The notes: generated by a model from the sequence alone, not told the origin. Positions 1-13,427 are shown, numbered from the stretch's first letter. The stretch: 64,000 nucleotides of DNA from Amoebidium appalachense (GCA_963693365.1 CAVNZM010000005.1:6699888-6763887); one strand, 5' to 3'. Numbers and translations: made by a program.

Positions 1-100
1 AGAGTGATTCTGCTTTTTGCAGAAAATTTCTGCCTTTTGCAGAATAATTCTGCTTTTTGCAGAATAATTCTGCTGTTGCAGAATGATTCTGCTTTTCGCA
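1..100. repeat. Tandem ~20-bp repeat with palindromic core GCAGAA-N3-TTCTGC (truncated by window start)
   Basis: About 5 imperfect units of gcagaataattctgcttttt. It resembles a subterminal array of a DNA transposon. Confidence 0.75.
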
Positions 101-369
101 AGTTGACTCTGCCGATGTGGTTGCCACTGGTTGGGCCCTCACGTACGCGGTGCCCTCGGCAGTGCGAATACCCAGTAAGCCAAGTTGTATATAGATAGCA
201 TTAGACTTAGTACATCCTTGTGTGGTGTGGCCTGGTGTATTCCTACTGCTGTGAGAGTGTGGGGGCATCTCCCTTTCGCACTGAGTTTCTCGCTTGAAAA
301 GTGGTTTCTTCAACGCCTGGTGATCCACTGCAACCTATGGTAACTTCTACACGCTGTCTACGCTTCTAC

Positions 370-1301
370 TGTTGTAATACGTAGTATCTACATATGGTAA
401 GATCTTCTCAGTTTGTGTTATGTTTCAGTTCATATGCTTAGTGTATATGCCACACTTCTATTATGTAAAATGAAGCATCGATCTCCGATATGCTTGTATA
501 CTTGTAATCATTGATCGTGTTGTATCGGCTCTAATCGTGTATTGTAATATCGATTAGAATATTTATATGTGTGTACACGGATCCACCCACTCAGGGAGAG
601 ACGTGTACATGTTCGTGTGTACATAAATATCTCTGGTTATAGTTATGCTATTGCTATCTTGTTTGTTGATCTGTGCTCTCTTTTCCTTCCTCTTTCTCCT
701 TCCTTATTTTCTTTTCTTTCTCTCTTTGTCTTCATGTGTATAATCATATTTCTTTTCTACTAATATATGTTAGGTAGATTTGTGTTACTTAATACGTGTT
801 CATTGGACGGTAACACACTTAGGCTACACTTAGAATAGCATGTGTGTTTAGACTTCATTAATTTACTTTAGTTTTCATGTGTTGCCGGGCTTTAACCAAT
901 CATCAAGGTTAAGTGTGATATGTCTGAGTCTTTGCAGTATGTCATAGGTTAGAACTTCCTTGATGATGACACAAGTTGACCTTAACTAGTGTCTGTGTCC
1001 TATCGTGTGCGTCTCCGCGTACCGGATCTCTCTGAAAGCAATTGGTTCTTAGTGATTGGTTTCTATTAGAGATAGATCTGATTTCCGACTGGTCGGAAAT
1101 CATGTATGGATTGGACTTAGAGGAATTTCAGGTATTTATTCGAAGATCAGAATAAATTCAGTTCAGTCGTGTCTAAACATTGATGTCTGTTGTGTACACT
1201 GCTCCGATCGTTCCGTGTTTTGTTGTTGTGTGTGTCTGTGGTGTTTTCACACTGCACCACTGTGTCTCTGCTTACATCCCAAATACTTATACAATTTAAC
1301 A
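370..1301 (+). mobile_element. Solo LTR of the Copia family found full-length at 29334-36074
   Basis: TGTTGTAATAC...TTTAACA ends and high similarity to both LTRs of the full element. 5-bp TSD TCTAC at 365-369 and 1302-1306. Confidence 0.95.
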
Positions 1302-1476
1302 TCTACGCGACCCAAGTTGGCGGTGGGCTGCTGCAACTTCTTCAGCTACTTCTGCGCTGCGTGAGTGGAGGGGCGGCTACTAGTACTTGGTCGTTGTCCG
1401 GGGAGCTTTCCAAGTGACTGCCAGTCCTTCAACGGCCTCCAGTCGTATGGCAATGACCGGGTTTGCTTGCATGCAT

Positions 1477-1929
1477 TTCTGTAATTGTGTTTTTCTGTGT
1501 GTCCTGCCACAACTAGGCCACCTTATCAGAGAGCTAGATGCCGTTTCTCCGGGTTATCTAGGGGCCCGTTGGGGTTGTTTTTTAGCTCAGATTTGGTCTG
1601 CATTGCTCTTTTAGAGGCTGACTTGCTTGCTGTGCCTCGGTAGATTTTAAGGGGGGCCTGTTGGGAAGGAGCAGTAATGATGTTTTCTTGGCAATGCGGA
1701 GTGTGGGCTGGTCAACATCGATGCACATGACTAGTTGGAGCAAACTAGTTTCACGCATACACGTACACTTAAGGTTTAAGTTGCCCGCTGGTGTCCTTTG
1801 TCACTTGTACAAGTCGCTTTATTTTTATTTCGTAGCTTTGGCTTTTTCAGTTCTATTGGTGGTTATGTAGCCTGTGGCTGCACGTTGCCTTCATACACAA
1901 CAGATCAATAAACCCGAGTCAAAAGGAAA
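1477..1929 (+). repeat. ~450-bp repeat, inverted relative to the copy at 43993-44449
   Basis: Reverse-complement match along the whole length (e.g. gtcctgccacaactaggccaccttatcagagagctagatg vs catctagctctctgataaggtggcctagttgtggcaggac), with scattered substitutions and indels. Confidence 0.9.
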
Positions 1930-3251
1930 AAAAAATTCATTTTTTTTTTCAACTCCAAGAATATCACACGACAGCTCTCATCGAGATATGTCGATTGCAC
2001 TAAGAAACGTCTAAAGTTTATATGTGGATATTCGAGAAACACGCTTGCAAAAATCGATGACGTCACAAACCCCCTAAATAGTCCGAAAACTTCTCAATGA
2101 GAAAAAAAAATTGCAGTTTTTATTTTTTTTACGTTTCGAAACGTCAGTTTGTAGCCCTTGATGGGAGGCATCGAAAAATGTGTCTTTACCCGAATGGGAT
2201 AGACCGAGGGTAAGTTATTGGATCGCGAAATTTAAAAGATCTATTTTTCCGGATGGGCGATGTCCGACACCATATATGTGTGATCAGTGATCACATGACT
2301 GCCGATCACATAGGAAAATTCTGTTTGCGCAATCATGACGTCACATTTTAAAAGATTTAAACTCCCCAATGTGGAAATTATAAATCCGGGCTCGACGCGC
2401 CCGGCCGGCGCCGCCCCCTCTGCCAGCCGCAGGCTTCAAAGGCGGCCCGACGCGAGCGGGTCAATTTGGGTGGTAAAGAGGGGAAGAGACAAGCAAGGAG
2501 GGGAGTTATATAAACATCATAGTCAAGATGTTGCCCCAGGTATATACAAAGCATGTTATAGGGGGTGTATAGTGGGTTGGTGCGGTGGAGAGTTTTTTCC
2601 TTTCTGGAGTTGTGGGCGAGGTTCCGGGGTGGCTTTATGGGCGGACCTTGCGAGGATGTGACAGAGAGAGAAGCGAGAGAGTTAGTCATCTGTGGGAAAG
2701 AAAGTGGGCGAACGATGGACTTAATGTGTTCGCTCAGGTAGACAGAAGAGGTGCAGGATCTGTTGTTGTTTTGGGAAACTCCGAGTCTTGATTGGAGAGT
2801 TCGACATGCTGTCTGGGAAGGGAGGTTGCCAGCTTTTAACCTGTCTTTTTGAGGTGGTCTCCTGCAACGCTCTTACACCAAGTTATTTTCTTATCGTCAA
2901 CCTTTGTTCCCGTTTACTTACAATGGCTCCCCCGCTTCCTCTCCTTCTCCTTCTCCCTCTCCCTCTTTATCTTCCTCTCCCTCTCCCTCTCCCTCTCCCT
3001 TTCCCTCCTCCTTCCCTCCCCTCCCATGCGTTCCACGTCTTCATACAACCATGCCGTTCCACGTCTTCATACAACCGCATGGTCACGGACACACACACAC
3101 ACGCGCACACACACAGCACACACACTCTCGTCTCCACACACCACGCACGCACAGACACGTACACCCCACCTCCCCCTCCCCCTCCCCCTCCCCCTCACCC
3201 CACCCCCCTCTCCCCCCGGCCCCACACACACATTCACACACACACTTGCAG

Positions 3252-3308
3252 CTTGCCACCCGCCTGGCTCCCCGCACAGCCTCGCGCGTCCCCGTCCGTG
3301 GGCTCCAC
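3252..3308 (+). CDS. Candidate exon LATRLAPRTASRVPVRGLH (mitochondrial transit-peptide-like), possibly the 5' part of the NDUFB4-like gene
   Basis: ttgcag acceptor after a CA-rich tract and gtaagt donor. 57 nt, phase 0/0, Arg/Ala/Leu-rich with no acidic residues. Confidence 0.45.
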
Positions 3309-3975
3309 GTAAGTGCCCTTCTGTTTTTTTGCAAAACTTTGGGCTTTCTAGCCTGCTTCTGTGATCTGTGTGTGAGCATACGGGCAGCGGTGTTCGTTGG
3401 CTTCTCTTTGTGGTTTAGGTTTACGAACGCTTTGACACACATCCAAACACTGCTTGCTGCAGGCACTATGATTCCACTCATGGTCTTGGTGTCTACTTTT
3501 CTTTGCTATATTGGTATAGGGAAGTTGGACAGCCAAACGAGAATTCTGCTCTTGCTTTCATCACAGCACTCAGATCTGCTGATGGGATGGGACTTGGGGA
3601 TGCATTCAGGGACACTTGCTCATACAGCCAACTATATTCCCATGCATGGTCACATGTACACGAAGAAGGTCTTATAGACACGATGATAACATAGTCATAT
3701 AACTGCACATACGCTTGGATATTCGCGGGCGTAGGCGGAGGTGCCTGCGCGTGGACAAGCAGACATGCACACACACTCACACATGCACTCACACACACGT
3801 ACACGTGCACACCCGCGCGTGCACACACACACATACACGCATACACACACACAAAGGCATATGCATGAACCGCTCGCACGTATGCTCTCACTCGCATGCA
3901 TGCATATGCTTGCTCACGTTCATGCACACACGTGCGTACACACACACAACACACACGCACCCACCCACACCCACA

Positions 3976-4010
<35 letters not shown>

Positions 4011-4095
4011 CGAAAAAAAGAAAACCCACAAAGGGTCTGGGCATGCAGGTGCGCTTGCACACACACACACATAGGGCGCCCTCGCCGCTCGCGCG

Positions 4096-4169
<74 letters not shown>

Positions 4170-4590
4170 AACACAAAAAAAAAAAACAGAAAAAAAACCA
4201 CAAACGGTCTGGGCGCGCAGGTGCGCATGCACACACACACATAGGGCACCCTCACCGCACACACACCCACTGCAGTAACGCCAGAACGCTCCCACTCCTG
4301 CAATACATCAGCCCACCATCTGGCTTTTTAATCTTTCCAAGTCCCTCTGTGTAGCCTCCTATCGTTGCCACTTTGTGTCCCGAGAGCTTTATCTATCCTG
4401 ATCCCCCTCCCCTCCCTCCCCCCGTTCCCCGCCCCCTCTCCCCCCTTCCTCCCCCTGAGGATGGGCTCTGTTTATTATGCGTATTCTTCATGTGTGGTCT
4501 GCACTCTGCATTGTTTTGTTAGTTACGAATGTGTACTTCGTACCAAAACACATCTACCCCCCCACCTCCCCCCTCGCCCTTCCCCCAAAC

Positions 4591-4664
<74 letters not shown>

Positions 4665-4797
4665 ATTCTATGCCTCCAGGGGGGCCAGGGGGGCATACGA
4701 ACCCTTATTGGAATGGGCTCTACTTTTGTTGCACGCTCTCCTTTTTTTTTTTGTTTTGCTTGGCCTTGCTAGGTTCGCAAATTGTTCTTGTTGTCGT

Positions 4798-4835
<38 letters not shown>

Positions 4836-4933
4836 CCCCCCTTCTTCCACCGTCCCTGCTCTTGCGCTGACCAATTACTACTCGACCTCATTTCCCTGCA
4901 CCAAATACGTCAACACCACCACCATCCCATTCC

Positions 4934-4966
<33 letters not shown>

Positions 4967-5142
4967 CGCAGGGGCCAAAACTCTGACGCGATTGATGAAT
5001 TGGGTCCTCTCTGAGGATGGGCTCTGCTTCTGACGCATACTGTACACATGGCTGATGTAGCATACTTGAATGTTTGCCTTTGCATGTGTCCTGCACCATG
5101 CTTCTCATCGTGTATGTGTACTTCGTACTGTGTTCTGCATTC

Positions 5143-5186
<44 letters not shown>

Positions 5187-5862
5187 TCCTCCCAAAAAAA
5201 AAAAAAAAAAAGGGGGACATGCTGGGGGGTGTAGACTCACCTGCACTTTTTGGCATTCTGTGTGCTCGTTTCTGTGTGTCCTTTCTATTTGATATGACTT
5301 GGGTGTTTTTGCTCTACTTTCTGTATGCTACCTACTGAACCTATTATAATAATCCCCGATGTATATTGTGTGTGTCACCGGTGTTGTCTTCTTGGATGTA
5401 TGCTTCGTGCTCAGCAATCTAACAATAAACATATCCCAACCCCCCCTATGCACTCTGCATTGTGTCGTCAGTGTGTGAAGGTACTGTGTAATCTAACACA
5501 ATCTTAACATTCCTCCGATCATACCCCCCACGTACACACGCATACACACCCACATACACACACACACCACGCCCACGTGCATTCACCCACACTCACATAT
5601 TCATACCCACACAACCACTCACGCACACCCACGCACATCCACACTTCCGTACACCTACACATTCACACAACCGCATTTACCGACCCACACTTGAACACAT
5701 CTCCCCTCCCCCCCCACCACCACCCACCCCACACATAGCCCCACATCTACGACCACACACACACACATACATCCGTGCACCTAACTTCCTCTCCCCCCTC
5801 CCCCTTTCCCCCCTTCCCTCCCCCCTCCTCCCGCCCCCCTCTCCCCTCCCTCCTCCCCCTTT

Positions 5863-5934
<72 letters not shown>

Positions 5935-5937
<3 letters not shown>

Positions 5938-6078
5938 TACGAGGCTGTTGAGCGATGGGCCACGATGAGGGAGACCACCAACAAGTCGTTTGAGTGGACA
6001 CGCATCAACATCCTCCTGGCTGTGGTGTTTGGTGGCGCCGTGCCTGTGGGCATCTACAAGATGGCCGTAGCAAACCAG
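5935..6078 (+). CDS. NDUFB4: Internal exon of NADH:ubiquinone oxidoreductase B15/NDUFB4-like subunit
   Basis: (CA)n-cag acceptor, cag|gtgcgt donor, 144 nt. Translates KYEAVERWATMRETTNKSFEWTRINILLAVVFGGAVPVGIYKMAVANQ, matching the recalled B15 pattern ERW..MRE....F.WT..N + TM helix FG..VP...Y. Confidence 0.75.
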
Positions 6079-6099
6079 GTGCGTGGGTGAAAGAGAGGT

Positions 6100-6130
<31 letters not shown>

Positions 6131-6177
6131 GGGGGGGGGAGGAAGAGGGGGCAGAGAGAGAGAGAGAGTGAGTGAGT

Positions 6178-6210
<33 letters not shown>

Positions 6211-6226
6211 GGGGGAGAGAGAGAGT

Positions 6227-6257
<31 letters not shown>

Positions 6258-6322
6258 GGTGAAGGGGTGGAGGGGGAAGGTGATGGGAAGGAAGGGGTTG
6301 TTTTTTGTTTTTTTTTTTTTTT

Positions 6323-6354
<32 letters not shown>

Positions 6355-6597
6355 GGGAGGGGGATGGGAGAGGGAAAAGGTGTGTGTAGGGGGGGGGGGG
6401 GGGGGGGGGGGGGAGGGGCGGGGGAGGAGGCTGATGGCGGGTGGGTGGGGTGGGGAGTTTGGGGGGGGGGGGGGGGGGGTTGGAATGCTGGGGAGGAGGG
6501 TTGTGCGTGGGGGGAGGGGTGATTGGGGGGAGTGTCCGTACTTTTTTTTTTTTTTTAGGGGGGTGGGGGGGAGAAAGGGTGCATGTTGAGGGGTGGG

Positions 6598-6641
<44 letters not shown>

Positions 6642-6987
6642 TCGTAGTATTCTTTTTCTGCCTGCTGGAGTAACTAGGGGGAGGGAGGGGGGGGGAGGGG
6701 GGGGGGGGGGGGGGGGGTGGGAATGATGGGTCGGTAAGTCAGTGGTCTGAAGTGGATGGGGTATGTGGGGGAGGGGATGGGTATGGGGATAGGGGTGGGG
6801 TGTTCGATGCGGCACATGTGTTCATGTGTGTTTTAGCACGTGTCTGTTTGAACACGTCTGTGTCTGCGTGTGTGCTTGCGTGCATGCGTGTGTGCGTACC
6901 TGCGTCTGATCACATTTGTACTGGCACTCGCACACATAGATGGAGAGCATGCACACACACACACATACGGGCACACACACACACTCA

Positions 6988-7034
<47 letters not shown>

Positions 7035-7312
7035 TAAGCGGCATAGTCCCGTCCTCCTCCCCTTCCCCCCCCCTCCCCCCAGGAGCATAAACACACATGC
7101 ACAAAGCAGACACGAGCACAAACACCTTTGGCACACACACTCGTGCAATGCACGTTGTCACAGAACGCATGCCCATCCATCAAACTGTGTTGTCTTGTGT
7201 GGTCGCTTTTGCATTGAGTGTGCGCAAAGGCAAGAAATGGGCAGGATGTGTTTTTTGCCTTTTCTTTTTGTTTATTTTGTGCAGACGATGGGGAAGGAGG
7301 GTGTGTGTGTGT

Positions 7313-7345
<33 letters not shown>

Positions 7346-7753
7346 GGGGGGAGAAAGGGGGTATTTGTGATCCACCGATACACGGTGGGATTGGAAAAGG
7401 GAGCAGGGGTGGGGTAGGGGCAAGAATGAGTGTGTGTTGAATGGCCAGAAGTGATTGCATGTGACCACTATCCCAGGGCTAATTGCTAACGGCTACTCCC
7501 GCTCTTGAATGGCTTCACACACACACACACGCACGCACACACGCACTCGCACAGGCACTCGCACACGCACAAGCACACGCACACGCACATGCACATGCAC
7601 ACACACACATCACACACTCACACTCACACTCACACACACACGCACACACACACACATGCACACACACACAGGCCCCCACATGCAAACACTCACAAATGCA
7701 CACTTGCACTCACCCGCATGCTCGTGGATTCTCACACACACGCACACGCGCGC

Positions 7754-7794
<41 letters not shown>

Positions 7795-7848
7795 CACGAA
7801 CTTGACCGCCTCAACAACCGGGGAGCGCGGAAGTACTTCCCCGAGTAA
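7795..7848 (+). CDS. NDUFB4: Terminal exon of the NDUFB4-like gene (HELDRLNNRGARKYFPE*)
   Basis: (CA)n-cag acceptor, phase 0 matching the preceding exon, TAA stop. Resembles the B15 C-terminus. Confidence 0.65.
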   Translation, partial: HELDRLNNRGARKYFPE

Positions 7849-7955
7849 TTTACCTCCATTGGTTAAATATCATGCGCCACACCAGACCATAGCTACGATC
7901 GGCATGCCCCATTAAAGTTTACGCATATGCCGAGGCCGCTGCTACTGATCAAAGC

Positions 7956-8042
7956 CCCCTCCCCCCCTCCCCCCTCCCCCCCCCCCCCTCCCTCCCCCCC
8001 TTTCCCCCTCTTTCTCCCCTCCCTCCCCTATCTTTCCCCCCC

Positions 8043-8099
<57 letters not shown>

Positions 8100-8535
8100 A
8101 CACACACCACCCCCACCCCCACCCCCTCCTCACACGCAGGGGCACGCAATCACGCACGTGTAAGCACGTCTTCCTGTCAAGGATGATGCCTTGCATATTT
8201 TTGGACCTAACTGACCCCCCCCCCCCCCCCCCCCTCCCCCCCCCCCCCCCCCCCCCCCGCGGGGGCCGCGGATCCCTCTCTCCACCCGAAGGGTTCCCTC
8301 TGACATTTACTATACATACTAATTATTAGCCCATTCGTGAGCGTCCCGTCACCCCATTTCAATTGCCCCATGATGGCCACAATGCTAAATTTAGCACATG
8401 CAGTGTCATGCTCGTTCTCAGACATCGATATCAGTGCGAGGGCGGTGGCTCGCTTCCCCCCCCCTCCCCCCCCCCCCTCCCTCCCCCCTTTCCCCCTCTT
8501 TCTCCCCTCCCTCCCCTATCTTTCCCCCCGTCCCC

Positions 8536-8596
<61 letters not shown>

Positions 8597-8935
8597 CACC
8601 CCCACCCCCACCCCCTCCTCACACGCAGGGGCACGCAATCACGCACGTGTAAGCACGTCTTCCTGTCAAGGATGATGCCTTGCATATTTTTGGACCTAAC
8701 TGACCCCCCCCCCCCCCCCCCCTCCCCCCCCCCCCCCCCCGGGGGGCCGCGGATCCCTCTCTCCACCCGAAGGGTTCCCTCTGACATTTACTATACATAC
8801 TAATTATTAGCCCATTCGTGAGCGTCCCGTCACCCCATTTCAATTGCCCCATGATGGCCACAATGCTAAATTTAGCACATGCAGTGTCATGCTCGTTCTC
8901 AGACATCGATATCAGTGCGAGGGCGGTGGCTCGCT
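7956..8935. repeat. Near-identical tandem duplication of a ~480-bp unit
   Basis: Unique blocks (cacgcagggg...gacctaactga and gggccgcggatccc...gcggtggctcgcttc) occur twice and differ mainly in poly-C/(CA) lengths. Confidence 0.9.
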
Positions 8936-8943
8936 TCCCCCCT

Positions 8944-8981
<38 letters not shown>

Positions 8982-9320
8982 CTATAAACACTTGGCCTGT
9001 CACGAGTACCCGTGCCGAGCCTCACTAAATTCTCACGACCTCCCTCAACCCCCTTTTCAGTATCAATGCATATTAATGCACGTCACTAAGTTTAATTTAA
9101 TTTAGGGCCACCCAAGCTCTTCACAGCAATCGGGAGCGTCTGTAGAGTCGCGACGTGCCCGGGCTGGCGGGCGGGCGGGCAGGCGGAGGGGAGCTGGCCC
9201 GTACCGACTCGCGATCGATGACAGGCACACACACACAGATGTCAACACACATGCACACACACAACTGCTATTAGAATAAATGTGGAGCAGAGGCAGGATT
9301 CGGTCCTGTGACCTCTGTAA

Positions 9321-9896
9321 GGGCCTGTTTGGCAACCCGGGTTTAGGGTCCTAAATCCGGATTACGGGCGATTTTGGGTTTAGCGCTAAATCCAAATCTC
9401 AAAATCCAGCCGCTGCCAAACAGACGGCCAGATCCGGTCACGTAAATCTGGGTTTCAAACCCCTCGGACATGGCCGTAATCTGGATTCCACTAATCCACC
9501 TCGGGAGGTGGATTAGCGCGAAATCCTTTCAGGTCCTGAATGTCCGACCCAATGAATGTTCATTTTATGGAACTATATATGGTGTCCTTTTGCACCAATC
9601 GTCGATAGTTTGAAGTGGCCAAAAAAGGATTGTTGAAAGGGCGCCAATTTCTTTCTTTTTTTTGTTATGGTGTGGGCGGGGGGATAGTGCAACAAACATC
9701 TTTTACGTGTAGAAGTGAGTATGATGTAGTGATCACCGTTTGAAATCATTGTTTTAGTGTTCGGCCTCGCCGCCTGGTGCAGCATTAGTAGGAATACAAA
9801 AGTACTCAGAATGACCTTTGCAACATCATGTGCAGAAAGGTGTGTGTGTGTGCAGTTTTTTTCTTTTCTTTTACCTACTATCTTTCTTTGAGGGGG

Positions 9897-9950
<54 letters not shown>

Positions 9951-10937
9951 GGGGACGGGACGGACACATGTCACTGCACGATTCAGTGCTCATTTACTAT
10001 TCACCAGGCACCCTGTGCCCTGCTCGTGTAGTCAACCCACATAGCTGCAGCAATTTGATCTCTTCTGGCATCTGCCTCTGCCTCGTCTTCTTGTTGGTTT
10101 TGGTTGCCCCTGCCTAACACAGAGTTAAAAAACATCAAGGCCTTACATCAAGCATACAGTCTTATAAATCATCCCCCTACCCACCCCCTCCTTTCCCCTG
10201 GTTCCCCACACACACCAACAACGCTGCCGCCGCTCAGAGGCACACTCCATCCCAACTCGAGCAATATCAGTCACACCACAAAAACCACATCAAAAAAACG
10301 TGCAGACGCACACTCCAACCCATCTTGACCCGTTGCCCACCACAAAACCAGAGAACAAAATAAAAACAAAAATAACTGAAAAACTGGTAGAGGAAGAGAA
10401 ACAAAACCAAATGCAACCAAAGACTTACCACGTGTAGGCAAGTTGTGCTGCTCTTCGTCTGAGTAGTGGCCATGCTCCTCCGCGTTGTGCTTTTTTATAA
10501 CGTTCATAAGTAGAAAGCACACAAGAATGATCTTCGAGAGCATCTTAGGACAGTAGTTGGTGGCTTTCTGGAGTATCTGAAAGCGGTTTTTCAGCATACC
10601 ATAGAACCGCTCAATGACCACCCGCGCCTTGGCATGCCTCAGGTTGAATAACTCCTTCGCATTCTGAGGACTAGAACACGACACATGAATAGACAACACC
10701 AGACACTTCAACATCAATATGACAGTGTGTGTGTGCGCGTGGCTGTTTGTGTGTGTGCATGTTCGTTTAGTGTGTGCACGCGGGCATGACCCGTGCGGGC
10801 ACACGCGGACGCATGTGTGTGTGCGTATTTGTACACGTGAGTCTGTGTAGGTGTTTGTGCATGCGCGCACGACCTTCAGGTTGGATGTGTAAACTATCTA
10901 TCTCTCTTTTTCTCTCCCTATCCACTCTCTCTGTGCA

Positions 10938-11013
<76 letters not shown>

Positions 11014-11107
11014 AACAAAAGGAAACAGGAAAAGCACACTTTTTTACAGATGTAGGGAGGGAGTGATGGGTCGAGGGGCCTTCTTTTTTTGGGGGAGGGG
11101 GGAGGGG

Positions 11108-11142
<35 letters not shown>

Positions 11143-12477
11143 CTAAATACGCCATTGCTCCCGTCCCTTACTCCTTCAGATGATAGCGGACTCCTCTGTA
11201 GGGTGCCAAAATTTCGTTTGTGTTCGGGTAGCCCTGGTCACCCAGGTAAACTTTCCCCGTCGGCACACGTAAATTTTGTGGAGGGGGCTGCTCGAGGGCA
11301 CAGTTCAACACTGTGCTGTCTGCACCACATCCCTCCCCACCGGGCAAACAATATGTGGAATATGCTTCCCAGTCGCATGCACCCAATATATTTTGTGCTG
11401 TGAAACCTTTCCTGCACCGATACCGATCAGCAGCCTCCGGTTTGACCTTGCACGGAACAAGAGTGCCATCAACTGCCCCGAGAACAATACGGAAGTAAGG
11501 CCAAAACTCAGGGTTTTCACGCACCCAACTAGGCACCATATATGACTCATCGGGTTGAATCATGTATTCTTCCCCGAGAGCAGCAAGCGTGGCATCGATG
11601 CCTTCTCGAAAACGCCTGCAGCACACAATGATGTCTGATTATTTTCCACATTCCTACATATAAGCTTCATTGAAAACAACAGCAAAACCTTGAGACAGTG
11701 CACGCGCACGTGCACCCTGGACAGTGGAACACAACCCATTCGGAGCATTGTTGTTTAACAAGCACAGACAAATGCTGCAAACACACAGCCAATAACATAA
11801 TTCAACAGGGCAGGAGTCATAGCACTACATACCGGCTCACGGTCTCGGTGCTGTGTTGGAAACGTTCGGCAACGTTCCTGACTGCAACACCCTGCCCAAG
11901 GGTATACAGCATCATGCAGGTAAATTCCTGAGCGTCCATGTTATCACTCTCTTCAATGAATGGAGCCAACTTCTCAATTAACTCCCTTGCAACATATGGA
12001 CTCACGCGTAGGACATCGTTCACCCTTGTCTCGTGAGCTGTGCCAAGCAGTTCTTGCACATACTCTCTACCACTGAGCGGGGAAGTACGACAGGGCTCTT
12101 TGAGCTCTGGGCTATAGGTCAAGGCTGCAATCGCAGCCAAAACGGCTATGTTCCGGGCTGCATACATGGTGAGTGTCTCAAATAAAACCGTATACAACTC
12201 AGCACTTTCGTGGTTTATTACTGCTTATCACTATGGTGTATATGTGTAGCGGGTCTGCAATTGCAAGTCACCGACCGGTGATGAACAGCGTGACAGCTGC
12301 AGAGCAAATCTAACCCGAAATCGTACGTGGGCTGTTTGGCATCCATGGGTTATCTACCCGGCTTAACCCAGGTTTCGGCTGAGATCCGGATTCTGCAGCA
12401 TAATCTGGATTTCGATTTTGATATCCAGATATCCCCCGAAATCCAGATTACACTAACCCGCGTTGCCAAACAGGCCC
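9321..12477 (-). mobile_element. PIF/Harbinger DNA transposon
   Basis: TIR GGGCCTGTTTGGCAAC / GTTGCCAAACAGGCCC, TAA TSD at 9318-9320 and 12478-12480, subterminal AATCC/GGATT repeats, encodes a transposase. Confidence 0.95.
10001..12167 (-). CDS. PIF/Harbinger DDE transposase, spliced (exons approx. 12167-11833, 11615-11172, 10670-10429, ~10113-10001)
   Basis: Motifs ERFQHSTETVSR, LGAVDGT, RCRKGFTAQN, YLGDQGY, APYRGVRYHLK, ELFNLRHAKARVVIERFYGMLKNRFQIL and C-terminal RDQIAAAMWVDY. GT-AG boundaries keep the frame. Confidence 0.9.
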
Positions 12478-13233
12478 TAAGAGACAACCACTTCTAGATC
12501 TACATAGCGGATCTCAGATCCTCCGGTACCATCTGAGGATGGTCTCAGATGCCGTGCCGGCTGCTTTATATGCCTGAGCGGATGCCAGTCCGCGAATACA
12601 TCGTCCAATAGGATTACAGATAGTCTCTCAGGATAGATCGGGATTATGTACTAGCCAATAGGAAGACAGTTATGGTTCCTGGCGTATGCGGGGCGGGATA
12701 GGCGGGAACAGTACGTGACCAGTGGGAAGAGCAGGAATAAACAGATAGACTTTTCTATCATAACACACCCATTTTGCGATATGCCAGTCACTAGCGAAGG
12801 CAGAAATCTATGTCTTGAACAAAGAAAAAGTTACAGGTGATGCATATGCCACGTAGCACTGGCACCCCTTGTCAGAGAGACCGTGACCTCTCACACATCC
12901 AAGGCTGGATCCTCGGGCAACTGTTGAGTTGTAAGCATAGCGGCGCTCAGCAGTGTCCTTATGTAGTAGGGGACCGGAAGATGTTCATGCTGCGACATGA
13001 AGAGAAGTGGAAAAAAGATTAGGTTTGGGGGTTTACGCTGTTTACTCGAGGCAAAGAGAGACCAGTCTCCTGTATGGGGGGTTTTTGCTCGGAATATCCC
13101 CTCAGCGGTATATCATGATCACGTACATAGATGTCGGGTGATGACTATACATCAGGGTTTACTTTCTCTACGAGACACCATAAAGACTAAGAAAAATCAA
13201 TTAGTTGGGGTTCCCCGTTTTTTTTTTTTTTTT

Positions 13234-13287
<54 letters not shown>

Positions 13288-13322
13288 GGGCTCCCCTGGG
13301 ACACTCTGTATCAGCTGGTTGT

Positions 13323-13427
<105 letters not shown>

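Noticed and set aside
569-1364. Short ORFs repeated at 30012, 35341 and 35828
   Set aside because: They lie within Copia LTRs and recur only because the LTR recurs.
1930-2465. Possible piggyBac/Kolobok-like transposon end (ends ...GCGGGTCAA)
   Set aside because: No matching opposite terminus or TTAA TSD could be established.
3463-3694. Possible exon after gcag at ~3462
   Set aside because: No recognisable homology and the frame relationship to neighbouring exons is unclear.
2788-9105. Many ORFs rich in HT, CV, poly-P and poly-G
   Set aside because: They are translations of (CA)n/(GT)n and homopolymer tracts, not credible proteins.
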